Virus record (IMG/VR): IMGVR_UViG_3300050343_000159
DNA: 64,000 bases
Strand: one strand, 5' to 3'
Origin: a virus
Taxonomy: Duplodnaviria; Caudoviricetes
Part shown: positions 18,700-28,079 of the stretch, piece after piece
How positions within the stretch are numbered: the first letter of the stretch is position 1
Layout: each line of letters starts with the position of its first letter
Notes under the pieces: generated by a model
What the model was told of the DNA's origin: nothing
Seen by the model: the letters and a program-made list of their open reading frames with translations, nothing else
Databases searched by the model: none
Translations under genes and position numbers: made by a program

Positions 18700-19371
18700 A
18701 TGAAAAAGATTATTACAGCATTGATGACAGCAGTTACATTGTCTGCATCTGCTCCAGTGATTGCAGAACCTGTCGAAGAATATTACACCATGGATTCTAT
18801 GGGTTGTATGTTACTTCAGGAGTGTACTGATGATGTTCAGGAAGTATTTTCTCTATTGGATATTTCCTCACAATATGATAACACTGAATCATTCACTCCG
18901 GTGGCACAAGAGTTTAACAATATGCTTTCGTCACTGAATCAAATCGGAGTGAAGGTATATCTTGCTGATGAGAAGTATTTTCCAGTAGGACATCGTGGTG
19001 TTTATCATACTGTAAGTAATAATTTCTTTTTGAATAAGACATTCATGGGTCGCCCACATATCCTGATGAGTGTGATGCGACATGAAGGATGGCATGCAGC
19101 ACAGGATTGTATGGCAGGAACGATTGATAATAGTTTGATCGCAATCATCATGCCGGAAGACAGTGTACCCCCTATCTGGCGTGAGATGGTAGAGAAAACC
19201 TATCCAAAGTCTGCATGGCCTTGGGAAGCAGAAGCATCATGGGCAGGTAAGACTGAAGCAATGACTGCTGACGCACTAAATGCCTGTGCCGCTGGACAGA
19301 TGTGGACTGAGTATCCACCCACCCCACTGACTCGTGAGTATCTTGTTAAGGAAGGATATATTCAAAAGTGA
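18700..19371 (+). CDS. Secreted-type HEXXH metalloprotease-like protein
   Basis: N-terminal signal-like MKKIITALMTAVTLSASAPVIA, RHEGWHAAQDC motif and downstream WEAEA. Confidence 0.6.
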   Translation: MKKIITALMTAVTLSASAPVIAEPVEEYYTMDSMGCMLLQECTDDVQEVFSLLDISSQYDNTESFTPVAQEFNNMLSSLNQIGVKVYLADEKYFPVGHRGVYHTVSNNFFLNKTFMGRPHILMSVMRHEGWHAAQDCMAGTIDNSLIAIIMPEDSVPPIWREMVEKTYPKSAWPWEAEASWAGKTEAMTADALNACAAGQMWTEYPPTPLTREYLVKEGYIQK

Positions 19372-19509
19372 TTTCAACTCTCTATAGTTGAATGATGGAG
19401 ATTTCTGAGTTACTCAATACGTTAGTAATCCACCATCACATTTCTAAGTGTGTATTGATTTATTGTGTGGTGGTATGCATTTTACATGGCCTATTAGATA
19501 TCGTAGATA

Positions 19510-19716
19510 ATGTGGAGACTTTGGGCTAAGGCTCTCGGGCAAAAAGATGGTAGAGATGTAAAAGAGGCGGATAAAGTTGCCATTATCCGCACTCTTATCA
19601 TGCTCCAGTTAGTGATTACAAATGGGTTTATTATTGCTGGTAATGTAAAAAACCTATGGGGTCAATCACCAAACTGCCACATTAACACACCAAATATGGA
19701 AAAACCTGCTATATAA
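19510..19716 (+). CDS. Small hypothetical protein
   Basis: MWRLWAKALGQKDGR... with one hydrophobic segment. Confidence 0.5.
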   Translation: MWRLWAKALGQKDGRDVKEADKVAIIRTLIMLQLVITNGFIIAGNVKNLWGQSPNCHINTPNMEKPAI

Positions 19717-19744
19717 TGATTAGGTAATCCAAACGGTTCTCCTC

Positions 19745-19912
19745 ATGTCTCTCGCTTACGCTCAGAAACAACGTTTCCGTGTCACTTTAGAACTGGATGT
19801 ATTTGAAGACTTTGATCCTAGTCAGATTGATTGGGAGAAAGTTCTTGATGTTCAAGGTAATGAAAGTGTCTCAGCTTATGTTGAAGACCTATCAACACCT
19901 GATCGTTGGTAA
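19745..19912 (+). CDS. Hypothetical protein (55 aa)
   Basis: Hand translation MSLAYAQKQRFRVTLELDVFEDFDP...STPDRW*; TATAAT at 19712-19717. Confidence 0.5.
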   Translation: MSLAYAQKQRFRVTLELDVFEDFDPSQIDWEKVLDVQGNESVSAYVEDLSTPDRW

Positions 19913-19914
19913 TA

Positions 19915-19921
19915 CTAAATA
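19915..19921 (+). promoter_or_regulatory. Late promoter-like CTAAATA
   Basis: Variant of TATAAATA, 27 nt upstream of the ATG at 19949. Confidence 0.5.
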
Positions 19922-19948
19922 ATATTTGGTATTAGTTCCCTCATTACT

Positions 19949-20562
19949 ATGACTTTTCTGGAGTTTATGACTGAAGGCAAGGCATTAGACCCTGCATTAG
20001 CTGGTGCTGCTTCTATTCGTCAGACAGGTGCTGGTGGTCGTAAGTATCCAGAAAGGAAGAAGAGTGAGGGAGAGAGAACAAGAGTCAAGGCAATTGGTGG
20101 TGGTAAGACCGCCCCTGTTGCCTCATATAAAGACAGAAAAGATATTGGAGACACAAAGGCTCGTTCTAATGTAGAGCAACAACCAACTCGTGAGAGAGGA
20201 ACTGCAGGTCTTTCAGCTAAAGAACAACAGAGAAAGGCATATAGGGAGAGAAAAGCTAGAGAGAGTGGTGGTTCTACTGCACCAAAGAAGAAAGAGGCAG
20301 AGAAGACAGCAACAGAACTTTTGAAGAAGAAGACAACTAAAGCTGTGGCACCTGGTTATAAACCAGCACAGGCATCTGGTATGACTAGAGCTGAAAGAGA
20401 CAAGAGAAGAGGAGAAGGTGAGAGAATGTTGAAAGGTATTATGAAGGACCAGGAAACTGACAAGTATAAGAAGGAAACAGGATGACAGAAGGCAATCCTG
20501 ATGCTAAGGGTAGAACAAAGATCAAACTTGGAAGAGTCAAACAAAAGGATGTCAACAAATAA
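19949..20562 (+). CDS. Basic K/R/E-rich protein, candidate internal head protein (probable frameshift near 20480)
   Basis: N-terminus MTFLEFMTEG. Highly charged. A shifted frame continues EGNPDAKGRTKIKLGRVKQKDVNK*. Confidence 0.5.
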
Positions 20563-20573
20563 TATAATATAAT

Positions 20574-20599
20574 AGAGGGTATAACCACCCTCTTTTTTT
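20574..20599 (+). terminator. Intrinsic terminator
   Basis: AGAGGGT-ATAACC-ACCCTCT hairpin followed by a T run. Confidence 0.7.
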
Positions 20600-21071
20600 A
20601 TGAAATATATTGCGACTAAGAATATTACTATCAATACAAAGATTGGCACTAAGGTTAAAACTCTTCAGTTGGTTCTTGATAAGGTTGTATCACCATCAAA
20701 ACTAAAAGAATTATCTAAACGACAGATTAGAGAGTACACCAAAGAAGTATATGAAGGTGCAGATCTGTCATTCTTGACACCAGAAGACAAGAAGTATTAT
20801 AATAAACATAAGAAAGACCCTGATATGCAATGGGCGCTTGATATGGTATATGAAGAACAAGGAACAACCAACTAATTCAAACATACTGACACCGAAACCA
20901 CCTAAAAATGGTTTTATTGTTGGTGCTTGGGATGACCCAGAGATGTATGCCTGTGTGCCTATTGGTGGTAGGTTGATGATTATCCATCAAGGAAAACAAC
21001 TCAAAGTATGTAATAATGGTGATAGTGCTCGTAACTTTATTGACAAACACAAGAAACGTAGAAAGAAATAA
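20600..21071 (+). CDS. Two small hypothetical genes (20600-20875 and ~20838-21071)
   Basis: Overlapping + strand ORFs in the ORF track. Confidence 0.45.
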
Positions 21072-21118
21072 TATCACTCACCTCTAAATTGCTCTACTGA
21101 TGTAAGACACACGAACAA

Positions 21119-21346
21119 ATGACACACTCCTCCACAGGTCAACGAGTTGGAACCCTTACTGAACTTGCTGAACTAAAGAAAACATATCGTAAACAGGATT
21201 TTAAGTTTACTCAAGATCAACGTCAACGATATGATTTGCTCCTAGAACTTCGTCGTAGTCATGTTGCTGAATACTATGAAGATGGTTTAGTTTGGATTGG
21301 TCCATCGATGGCAGGTAAGAAACTAGAAGAGGATGACGCAGAATGA
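21119..21346 (+). CDS. Hypothetical protein (cassette 1)
   Basis: ATG 14 nt after repeat copy 1. Two further short ORFs follow before copy 2. Confidence 0.55.
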   Translation: MTHSSTGQRVGTLTELAELKKTYRKQDFKFTQDQRQRYDLLLELRRSHVAEYYEDGLVWIGPSMAGKKLEEDDAE

Positions 21347-21672
21347 TTACTCTCAAACGTGTATGTTCACTGAAGACTAAACAACTTCGGTGGACATATG
21401 ATGGTAAAGTTCTTCTCAAGTCATATGAAGTTGCTACCATTGGTAGAAAGAATAAACTTCAAAAACTTCAATCATTATGAACATCTATGATATCACAGTT
21501 TATACTGGACACATCAAAGAAAGGATTGAGGTTAGAGCTCTCAACACGGCACATCTTAAGAAAAGAGTTGATGGTTTAGGATATGATCGTTATGGAACTA
21601 TCCATAAAGTTCGTCCTGAATAATATTACTCACCTCCAAACTGCTCCACTACTGTAAGACACTTCAACCACT

Positions 21673-22563
21673 ATGGCAAACACACATCTCCCACATCCAG
21701 AAGATACCATCCTCACGGGTGATCTGAGAGCATTCAGAGATCTTTATGGACCTGGACATGTGTCCCTTAAGATTGACGGTGCTCCCTCTATTGTGTGGGG
21801 TAAACATCCAGAAACTGGTCGGTTCTTTGTGTGTACTAAAGCGGCATTTAACAAGAAAAAGAATCGTATCTGTTACAACAACGAGGATGTTCATACTCAC
21901 TTCGGTCATCAACAAGATGTAGCAGACATGCTATTCTTGATGTTGAAGTATATTCCCCGTGACATCTTCACTGGTGTTTATCAGGGTGACTTCATGGGTT
22001 TCGGTCGTACCGATGCTTTCATGAACAACACTCTAACTTATGTGTTTCCTGAAGTTATTCAACAAAAACTTGTCATCGCACCTCACACAATCTATGATGT
22101 AGTTGGTAAGTTGTCTGACGCAGTTGCTGAACCTCTCCGTGAGGTATTCAGTGACACTCCACACATCAAGTGGGTTCAACCTTCTGTCGATTTCATTCAT
22201 CAGAATGTCAAACCTCCTGTGTTCGATCTCAGTAAGGTTCAGTTTATGTCTGACAAAGAGTCATTCGTAGCTCAACAACAGGTCAACGCTCTTATCAAGT
22301 CAGGTCAAACACCCGAAGATTGTGATCTTAACTGGATTCTAGGTGACAACTTCCTCACCAATCTGTATCAGTTGTTGATTGACATCAAAGAAGATCTCAT
22401 GAAGTCTATGATTGTTCATGACTCTCCTAAGTGTTATCTTCCTGATGGGACTGAGGTTGTGGGTGAGGGTTTCGTGTTCTATTCTGAGTCTGGTCGTTCC
22501 TACAAACTCGTTGATCGTCCTGTGTTCGCATATACTAACTTCACCACTGGTAAGTTCAACTAA
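21673..22563 (+). CDS. Ligase-like nucleotidyltransferase-fold protein (cassette 2)
   Basis: KIDG (motif I-like KxDG), EGFV (motif IV-like) and YKLVDR (motif V-like); N-terminal THLPHPED. Confidence 0.55.
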   Translation: MANTHLPHPEDTILTGDLRAFRDLYGPGHVSLKIDGAPSIVWGKHPETGRFFVCTKAAFNKKKNRICYNNEDVHTHFGHQQDVADMLFLMLKYIPRDIFTGVYQGDFMGFGRTDAFMNNTLTYVFPEVIQQKLVIAPHTIYDVVGKLSDAVAEPLREVFSDTPHIKWVQPSVDFIHQNVKPPVFDLSKVQFMSDKESFVAQQQVNALIKSGQTPEDCDLNWILGDNFLTNLYQLLIDIKEDLMKSMIVHDSPKCYLPDGTEVVGEGFVFYSESGRSYKLVDRPVFAYTNFTTGKFN

Positions 22564-22624
22564 CTAGAAGGGGTGATAATATTACTCACCCCTAAATTGC
22601 TCCATCTATGTAAGGTTACACACC

Positions 22625-23010
22625 ATGGATCCAATCACAATTTCAAGATCACACTATGACACTATTGTTGAGAGTGTAGAGGAAGTTCTCAAAGTTCTCA
22701 ACAAAGTGAACTATGATTGTGATTCTTTAGATCCCAAAAACGTTTGTTACACAGCACCATATGCTGTTGGATATTCACAAGGTGTAGTATCCCAAATTCT
22801 CTCTAACCTCAAAACAATCAAGGAGAACAACTAATGAATTCCACCATGGAAAATGTGATCGATGTGATGGGTGAAACCTATTTCAGTAGGTTCATGGACT
22901 TTGTAGATAATGAGGATTTAGAAACATCAAAGGCACTCATGGATGAGTGGATTGTTGATGGTCAAGATCCTCAAGATGGTGGAGTCGAGTTCATCTGGTT
23001 AGAAGAATGA
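22625..23010 (+). CDS. Two small hypothetical genes (22625-22834 and 22834-23010; cassette 3)
   Basis: First ATG follows repeat copy 3; TAATG stop/start coupling to the second gene. Confidence 0.55.
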
Positions 23011-23546
23011 TGAGGTTACTTCAAAAGATCACATCAAGTGCTATTGGTCTATCACTTCTTACAATTCCAGGTGTGAGTGCAAAGATAGATTCAAGTCATG
23101 ATGAACTAAAAAGAGCTCTGAATGATGTAGGTGTTGAAGTTTTCTTGAATGACACAGAGTTATGTAATGGTAGTAAATCTGGTATGTATTCTCCTGACTA
23201 TGATGCAATTATGATATGTCAGGACGATAGAATTGAAACATCAGATCAAGAGGTTGAATGGACAGAAAATGATTATGATACTTTGAGACATGAATCACAA
23301 CATGTTGTTCAGGATTGTATGGAAGGAATTGATAATAGTAAGATGTCACTATTTTTTAGTGACGAAATAGAATATCTGGAGTTTGTGATCATGGGTTTGA
23401 CAAAATCAGAATTCTTTCAGATTGTCGAGGCATATCGACCACTTGGCAATGATGTTCTCTTGAATGAATTGGAGGCATTTGCTGTAGCTAAAGGTGTAAA
23501 ACCTGACACTATTGCTAAAGCTGTTCGTGGTATATGTAAGAATTAA
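23007..23546 (+). CDS. Secreted-type HEXXH protein, distant paralogue of 18700-19371
   Basis: Signal-like N-terminus, LRHESQHVVQDC and NELEAF motifs. Confidence 0.6.
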   Translation: MMRLLQKITSSAIGLSLLTIPGVSAKIDSSHDELKRALNDVGVEVFLNDTELCNGSKSGMYSPDYDAIMICQDDRIETSDQEVEWTENDYDTLRHESQHVVQDCMEGIDNSKMSLFFSDEIEYLEFVIMGLTKSEFFQIVEAYRPLGNDVLLNELEAFAVAKGVKPDTIAKAVRGICKN

Positions 23547-23600
23547 AGTTACTCACCACTAAATTGCTCCAGTAGTGTAACCACTCACCAAACACACATC

Positions 23601-24087
23601 ATGGGAACTAGAGGCAGAATCGGAATCAAACTTATCGATGGTTCAATTCTTTCGGCATATCACCACTGGGACTCATATCCTCAGTGGTTGGGTGTTAAAC
23701 TCGTCGAGAACTTTAATTCACAAGAACTAGCATCTGATCTGATTGATGGAGGTGACATGTCCGCATGTTATTCTACTCACACTTGGGGTTCTGAACCTCT
23801 CAGACAGGAAGTGATTCAACCCGATGGATCTGTCACCAAGTTTGAGTATGTTCATGAACAAAGATGGTGAGACTGTTTACACTAAAGTCAAGGCAGAAGC
23901 ATCACCTCAGTATTACTCAGAACGGGGTGAGGACACTCCTCCACGTTTAGATAAGGATCTCTTTGAGTTCCTTGATAAAGGTGAAGAATACGCATATATC
24001 TGGGAAGAAGGTTTCTGGACTTGTTATGATCTTCATCAGTTTGATGATCAAGAACCTGAAATCGTAGAAATCCCTCAAGTTCTCTGA
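23601..24087 (+). CDS. Phage hypothetical protein (cassette 4; one frameshift near 23865)
   Basis: MGTRGRIGI...YHHWDSYPQWLG joins ...EEYAYIW in the second ORF piece. Confidence 0.6.
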
Positions 24088-24155
24088 TAACTGAGGTGGG
24101 TAGATTGTTACTCACCTCTAAATTGCTCCACTCTATGTAACCACACATTCAAACC

Positions 24156-24541
24156 ATGATTAACTACCTCGTCAAATGTCCATCCGATCCTTATGAGAAT
24201 ACCGATTGTTTCGGTGATCTTGATAGGGCATGGGATCTCTGTTACAACCTCTCTGAAGAGTATGGATACGCAGAGGTTGGATATTATAATGTCAAAGGAC
24301 ATTATCAACTCGTAGGTGACTACACTAACGGTCGTTAATATGAACTACACTAAAGAGCAACTTGATGGATGCACTTGTTCATGAGTGGGAATATCTCTGT
24401 CATGACGATTATGATCCACAAGATCCAACACCAGAACAATATCGCAAAGAGATGGAAGAACTCACAATCGAACAATTGATTGAAGAGACTGACACAGGTG
24501 AGGGATTTACATTAGAAGATTTCATGGATGTTCACAGCTAA
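24156..24541 (+). CDS. Two small acidic hypothetical genes (24156-24338; 24340-24541 frameshifted; cassette 5)
   Basis: First ATG follows repeat copy 5. Confidence 0.5.
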
Positions 24542-24594
24542 TAAAGTTACTCACCTCTAAACTGCCCCATTGATGTAACCACACACTTCAAACC

Positions 24595-24954
24595 ATGAGA
24601 AAGATCGAAACCCAAATGATCGAAGCAATCAAACAAGATAAGGATTGGAAATCAGGTAATACTAAGGTTGTCAATTTCTTCAATGATGGTGACAAATGTG
24701 TCGTCACTTCTGTCTTCCTTCATGGTAACAAGATTGCAGAGATTGATGACAACTCTATGACAATCTTCGATGGTGGTCGGCAATCAGTTACAACAAAGTC
24801 TAGAATCAACGCACTTTGTGATGAATTTTGTATCAGTGGAGAAGGAGTCTTTCAGAAAAACTTTCAGTGGTATGTAAGAAAGTTTGTAGGAATGGCAGGA
24901 CAAAGTAAAGTCTATAATGTCGATGATTTCTCCAATGGTTATATCTTCTCATGA
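24595..24954 (+). CDS. Hypothetical protein (cassette 6)
   Basis: MRKIETQMIEAIK...LHGNKIAEI; follows repeat copy 6. Confidence 0.6.
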   Translation: MRKIETQMIEAIKQDKDWKSGNTKVVNFFNDGDKCVVTSVFLHGNKIAEIDDNSMTIFDGGRQSVTTKSRINALCDEFCISGEGVFQKNFQWYVRKFVGMAGQSKVYNVDDFSNGYIFS

Positions 24955-25022
24955 TATGATTAGGTGAGTAGATTGTTACTCACCTCTAAACTGCCCCACT
25001 ATTGTAATCACTCATTCAACTC

Positions 25023-25359
25023 ATGACACCCACTCAAACTAAAATCGAATTCCTCACTGACGCATTCATCGAACAAGTTAATAATCTTTGGAAACTTAAC
25101 ATAACCAAATTTGGTTCTTATTCTAAGTTAGACTATAGTGTAGGTAAAAAATATATCAAAGTGAAAAACACTAGGATGCACCGTCATGATTTAACCACAA
25201 GATAACGGTGTGTTCATGTTCATCGACAAAGAGACTGGTGCATGTTACAAACCCGCATCATTCAAGACACCTGCTAAAGGTATTCGATTCCAGATTGAGC
25301 AGTTAGTTGAGAACCCTGAGATTGTAGATCATTATGGTTCTTTCCTCTATGTTCGTTGA
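25023..25359 (+). CDS. Hypothetical protein (cassette 7; frameshift near 25200)
   Basis: ...GKKYIKV... continues after the shift as VFMFIDKETGACYKPASFKTPAKGIRF...FLYVR*. Confidence 0.55.
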
Positions 25360-25423
25360 ACTTATGGGGTGAGATTATTACTCACCTCTAAAGTGCATCA
25401 TCTATGTAATTCTGTTTTATCTC

Positions 25424-25621
25424 ATGACATTTCTCAACTGGGTTCAAGAAGCAACTGGATGTAAAGTAGAGGACGAAAGAACCGGTATGATTCACACTAT
25501 TACCGGTGGTAAGTTCCTCGCTGATTCACCTCTCTGGCCCATGATTGAACTCACCGATGAGACTGGTGTTGTCAGATTCGCAACCTTAGATAGGTTTGAG
25601 GAAATGATTTCGGTGGGGTAA
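25424..25621 (+). CDS. Hypothetical protein (cassette 8)
   Basis: Follows repeat copy 8 and is followed by a terminator. Confidence 0.55.
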   Translation: MTFLNWVQEATGCKVEDERTGMIHTITGGKFLADSPLWPMIELTDETGVVRFATLDRFEEMISVG

Positions 25622-25634
25622 GACCCCTTTTTTT
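25615..25634 (+). terminator. Intrinsic terminator
   Basis: GGGGT-AAG-ACCCC followed by T7. Confidence 0.65.
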
Positions 25635-25861
25635 GCCCTTTGATAGATGATACAGGTGCACTATTCTTGGTTCAATGGTGGAGAGGGTTTTCAAAGTGTT
25701 AAAAACTGTTTTTTCCATAATTTCGTCTGAGATGACCTATGACACCCTCACCCCACTGAAACCACCTAGAAATCGATTTATGACACCTTACAGAGGATGT
25801 ATGATATAATATTGTTACTCACCTCTAAATTGCTCCATCTATGTAAGACACACTTCAAACC

Positions 25862-26427
25862 ATGAAACCAGTTCTCATCATCATCATCGGTATTCTTCTT
25901 TGGCAATCCGCTGATGCTAGACAATTCACGTCTAACGCATTACAATCAGCAAGTGATTTTATTGAACCAAACCAACAACATCGTATCAATCTTTCTTTCT
26001 GAGTTAACATCATGTTTGAATGGAAAGTAACACTATCCAAGGGTGGAAGACACATCAAAGTTAATGTCTTCGCCGAAAGTACACGAAGAGCGTATAAACA
26101 AGCAGAGGATCTTTACCCCAACACAAAGGCACTCAACGCAACACAAGTATGAACCACCACATTTATCACTTGACAAACACACAATTGCCAGAACCATTGT
26201 GTCATCAGTTAGCACCATTTATTTCTGCATATCGTCCACATGATAAGCCTCCGACCAAGAAAGATATGGATCAAGATGATTACAAACCACAGGAATCGCC
26301 TTTATCTAAAGAGAACATCATTGACACGTATAAAGCGATTAAGTATTCACAAGACCTTGAATGGTTAAAGTTAAAAAGAGAGTATAATAAGAAGTGGAGT
26401 GGATATCGAACATATTACAATCTATGA
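25862..26427 (+). CDS. Three small genes of cassette 9 (25862-26002, 26012-26152, 26149-26427)
   Basis: The first is a 46 aa signal-peptide-like ORF, MKPVLIIIIGILLWQSADARQF..., read by hand after repeat copy 9. Confidence 0.45.
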
Positions 26428-26483
26428 GTATTAAAGTTACTCACCTCTAAATTGCACCATCTACATAACCACTCATTCAAACC

Positions 26484-26738
26484 ATGACTAACACAACTTT
26501 CCAAACCACAATCGAAGACACCACGTATAATGGATGGACAAACTATGAGACCTGGAATGTAGCACTCTGGATTGGTAATGATCGAAGGTTTGTATAACCT
26601 AGCACGTCGTTGTTATCGTATCAAGATTTCGTTGATCGTTATATGGAAGAAGGTGATACAACTTTAGATGGAGTAAAGTGGGATGATGTTAATCTTAATG
26701 TTAGTTGAACTTGATGAAATGATGGAGGAACTTTGATC
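26484..26738 (+). CDS. Hypothetical protein NGWTNYETWNVALW family (cassette 10; frameshifted)
   Basis: Hand translation MTNTTFQTTIEDTTYNGWTNYETWNVALWIGND..., with indels near 26582 and 26700. End coordinate approximate. Confidence 0.5.
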
Positions 26739-28079
26739 ATGTCATTAATCAAAACACATCTTCAGACTACTATGAATTCCGATCTTGAAATGTTATCACA
26801 AAGAGAAACACTAATGGAGGATATTGATTCCATATGTGTTGGTCAACAATTCTTGAAATTTTGGTTGAGAACTTCCCCGATAGATAATGATCAATACAAA
26901 GATGATTAATTCGTATGCTATGTGATGCTGTCTGTACCAACTTCCCCACTAACTAACAAACTCATGAATGACTTTCCAATCTACAAGAAACAACTCCCAC
27001 AAATCTGGATGGAGGATGATAAGTTTATTATCGAATCATCATCATTCCGATATGTAATAGAAGACGACTTAAAACTCTTATTCAAGTTATGTCGTCGTTT
27101 TAAATCTGAAGCAATTAAACAAACATACAATCATGAGTAACATTCACATCAATCAACACTATGTTAAGTTCAATACAAAAGAACTAAAAAGGTTAATTGA
27201 AATCATTACAATTAATAAGGAAGAAGATATGTTAGTAGTGAAAGATAGGATAGAACAAGTATTAGGTATGAAGGAAGATCCAATCGATAAGTTTCATAAA
27301 ACAATAAGGTATTATGATGATAAGTGATTACATTACAATAACAACATGGGATGAAAAGTATCAATGTATAGATACAGATATGTTCATAAGAGTATAGACA
27401 AACCAAAGGAATATGTCCTAAGTTTATACCCAGAAGAACGTCTATTGTAGTCACTTAGTAACCCCAGATATACCGAGTAGTGTACACACAGTAACCACGG
27501 AGTAACTGTCACTATTCGGTAACAATTTATACCAAATATCATTAAAAAACATTAAAAAAGGTTTATTTAAATGTATTAGTGCGTTTTTACTAGTTCAAAT
27601 AAGGTCTTAGAAAAGTGTTATAAATACCCGATTTTATTGTTAGAAACCTTCTGATAAATGGTCTCAGTTATTGTTATCTTAGGTCGTAACCTACCGATTG
27701 TCAAGCACACAACGCCCAGAAATCTCACTGGCACAAAATATTACACAGAACCCCTATTTTCTCATATAATGAACATAAGAGAACAAAAAACATTTATGAG
27801 TCTTTTCACCATGTTGTTTGCAATTGTATCAGTAGTTGCATTCATTTCCACATCACACTTATGAGAGGTAGATTGTTACTCACCTCTGAAGTGCCCCTAT
27901 AGTGTAAGGGGGTTGATTCCTTCCCTCTCATTGTTTCTCCCTTCGGGACTTCTCTGAGAGTGTTGACTATCTCCCCGAGGCATGACACACAAGTCAGTAA
28001 GCACACCTCTCACCAAATCCTTAAGAGTTATTGTTACTCACCACCAAACTGCCCCATTGATATGAATCACACTTCAACC

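Larger units (their letters stand above)
21074..28066 (+). repeat. Dispersed ~32 bp direct-repeat family, 12 copies, 11 of them immediately upstream of a small ORF
   Basis: Copies start at about 21074, 21626, 22582, 23549, 24108, 24547, 24976, 25378, 25815, 26437, 27876 and 28034. Consensus TTACTCACCTCTAAAYTGCYCCA(N5)TGTAA, followed by an A/C-rich leader (ACACAC..TCAAACC) and ATG. Confidence 0.9.

Noticed and set aside
27905-27930. GGGGGTTGATTCC as the T arm of a second tRNA
   Set aside because: No acceptor stem, D arm or anticodon arm could be folded around it.
21074-28066. The 32 bp repeat family as a CRISPR array
   Set aside because: Intervening segments are ~130-1400 bp and contain intact ORFs, the copies are degenerate, and no cas gene is present.
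21074-28066. Classical integron with attC sites
   Set aside because: No tyrosine recombinase in the window and no RYYYAAC/GTTRRRY core pair. Only some copies are palindromic. The analogy is kept as inference only.
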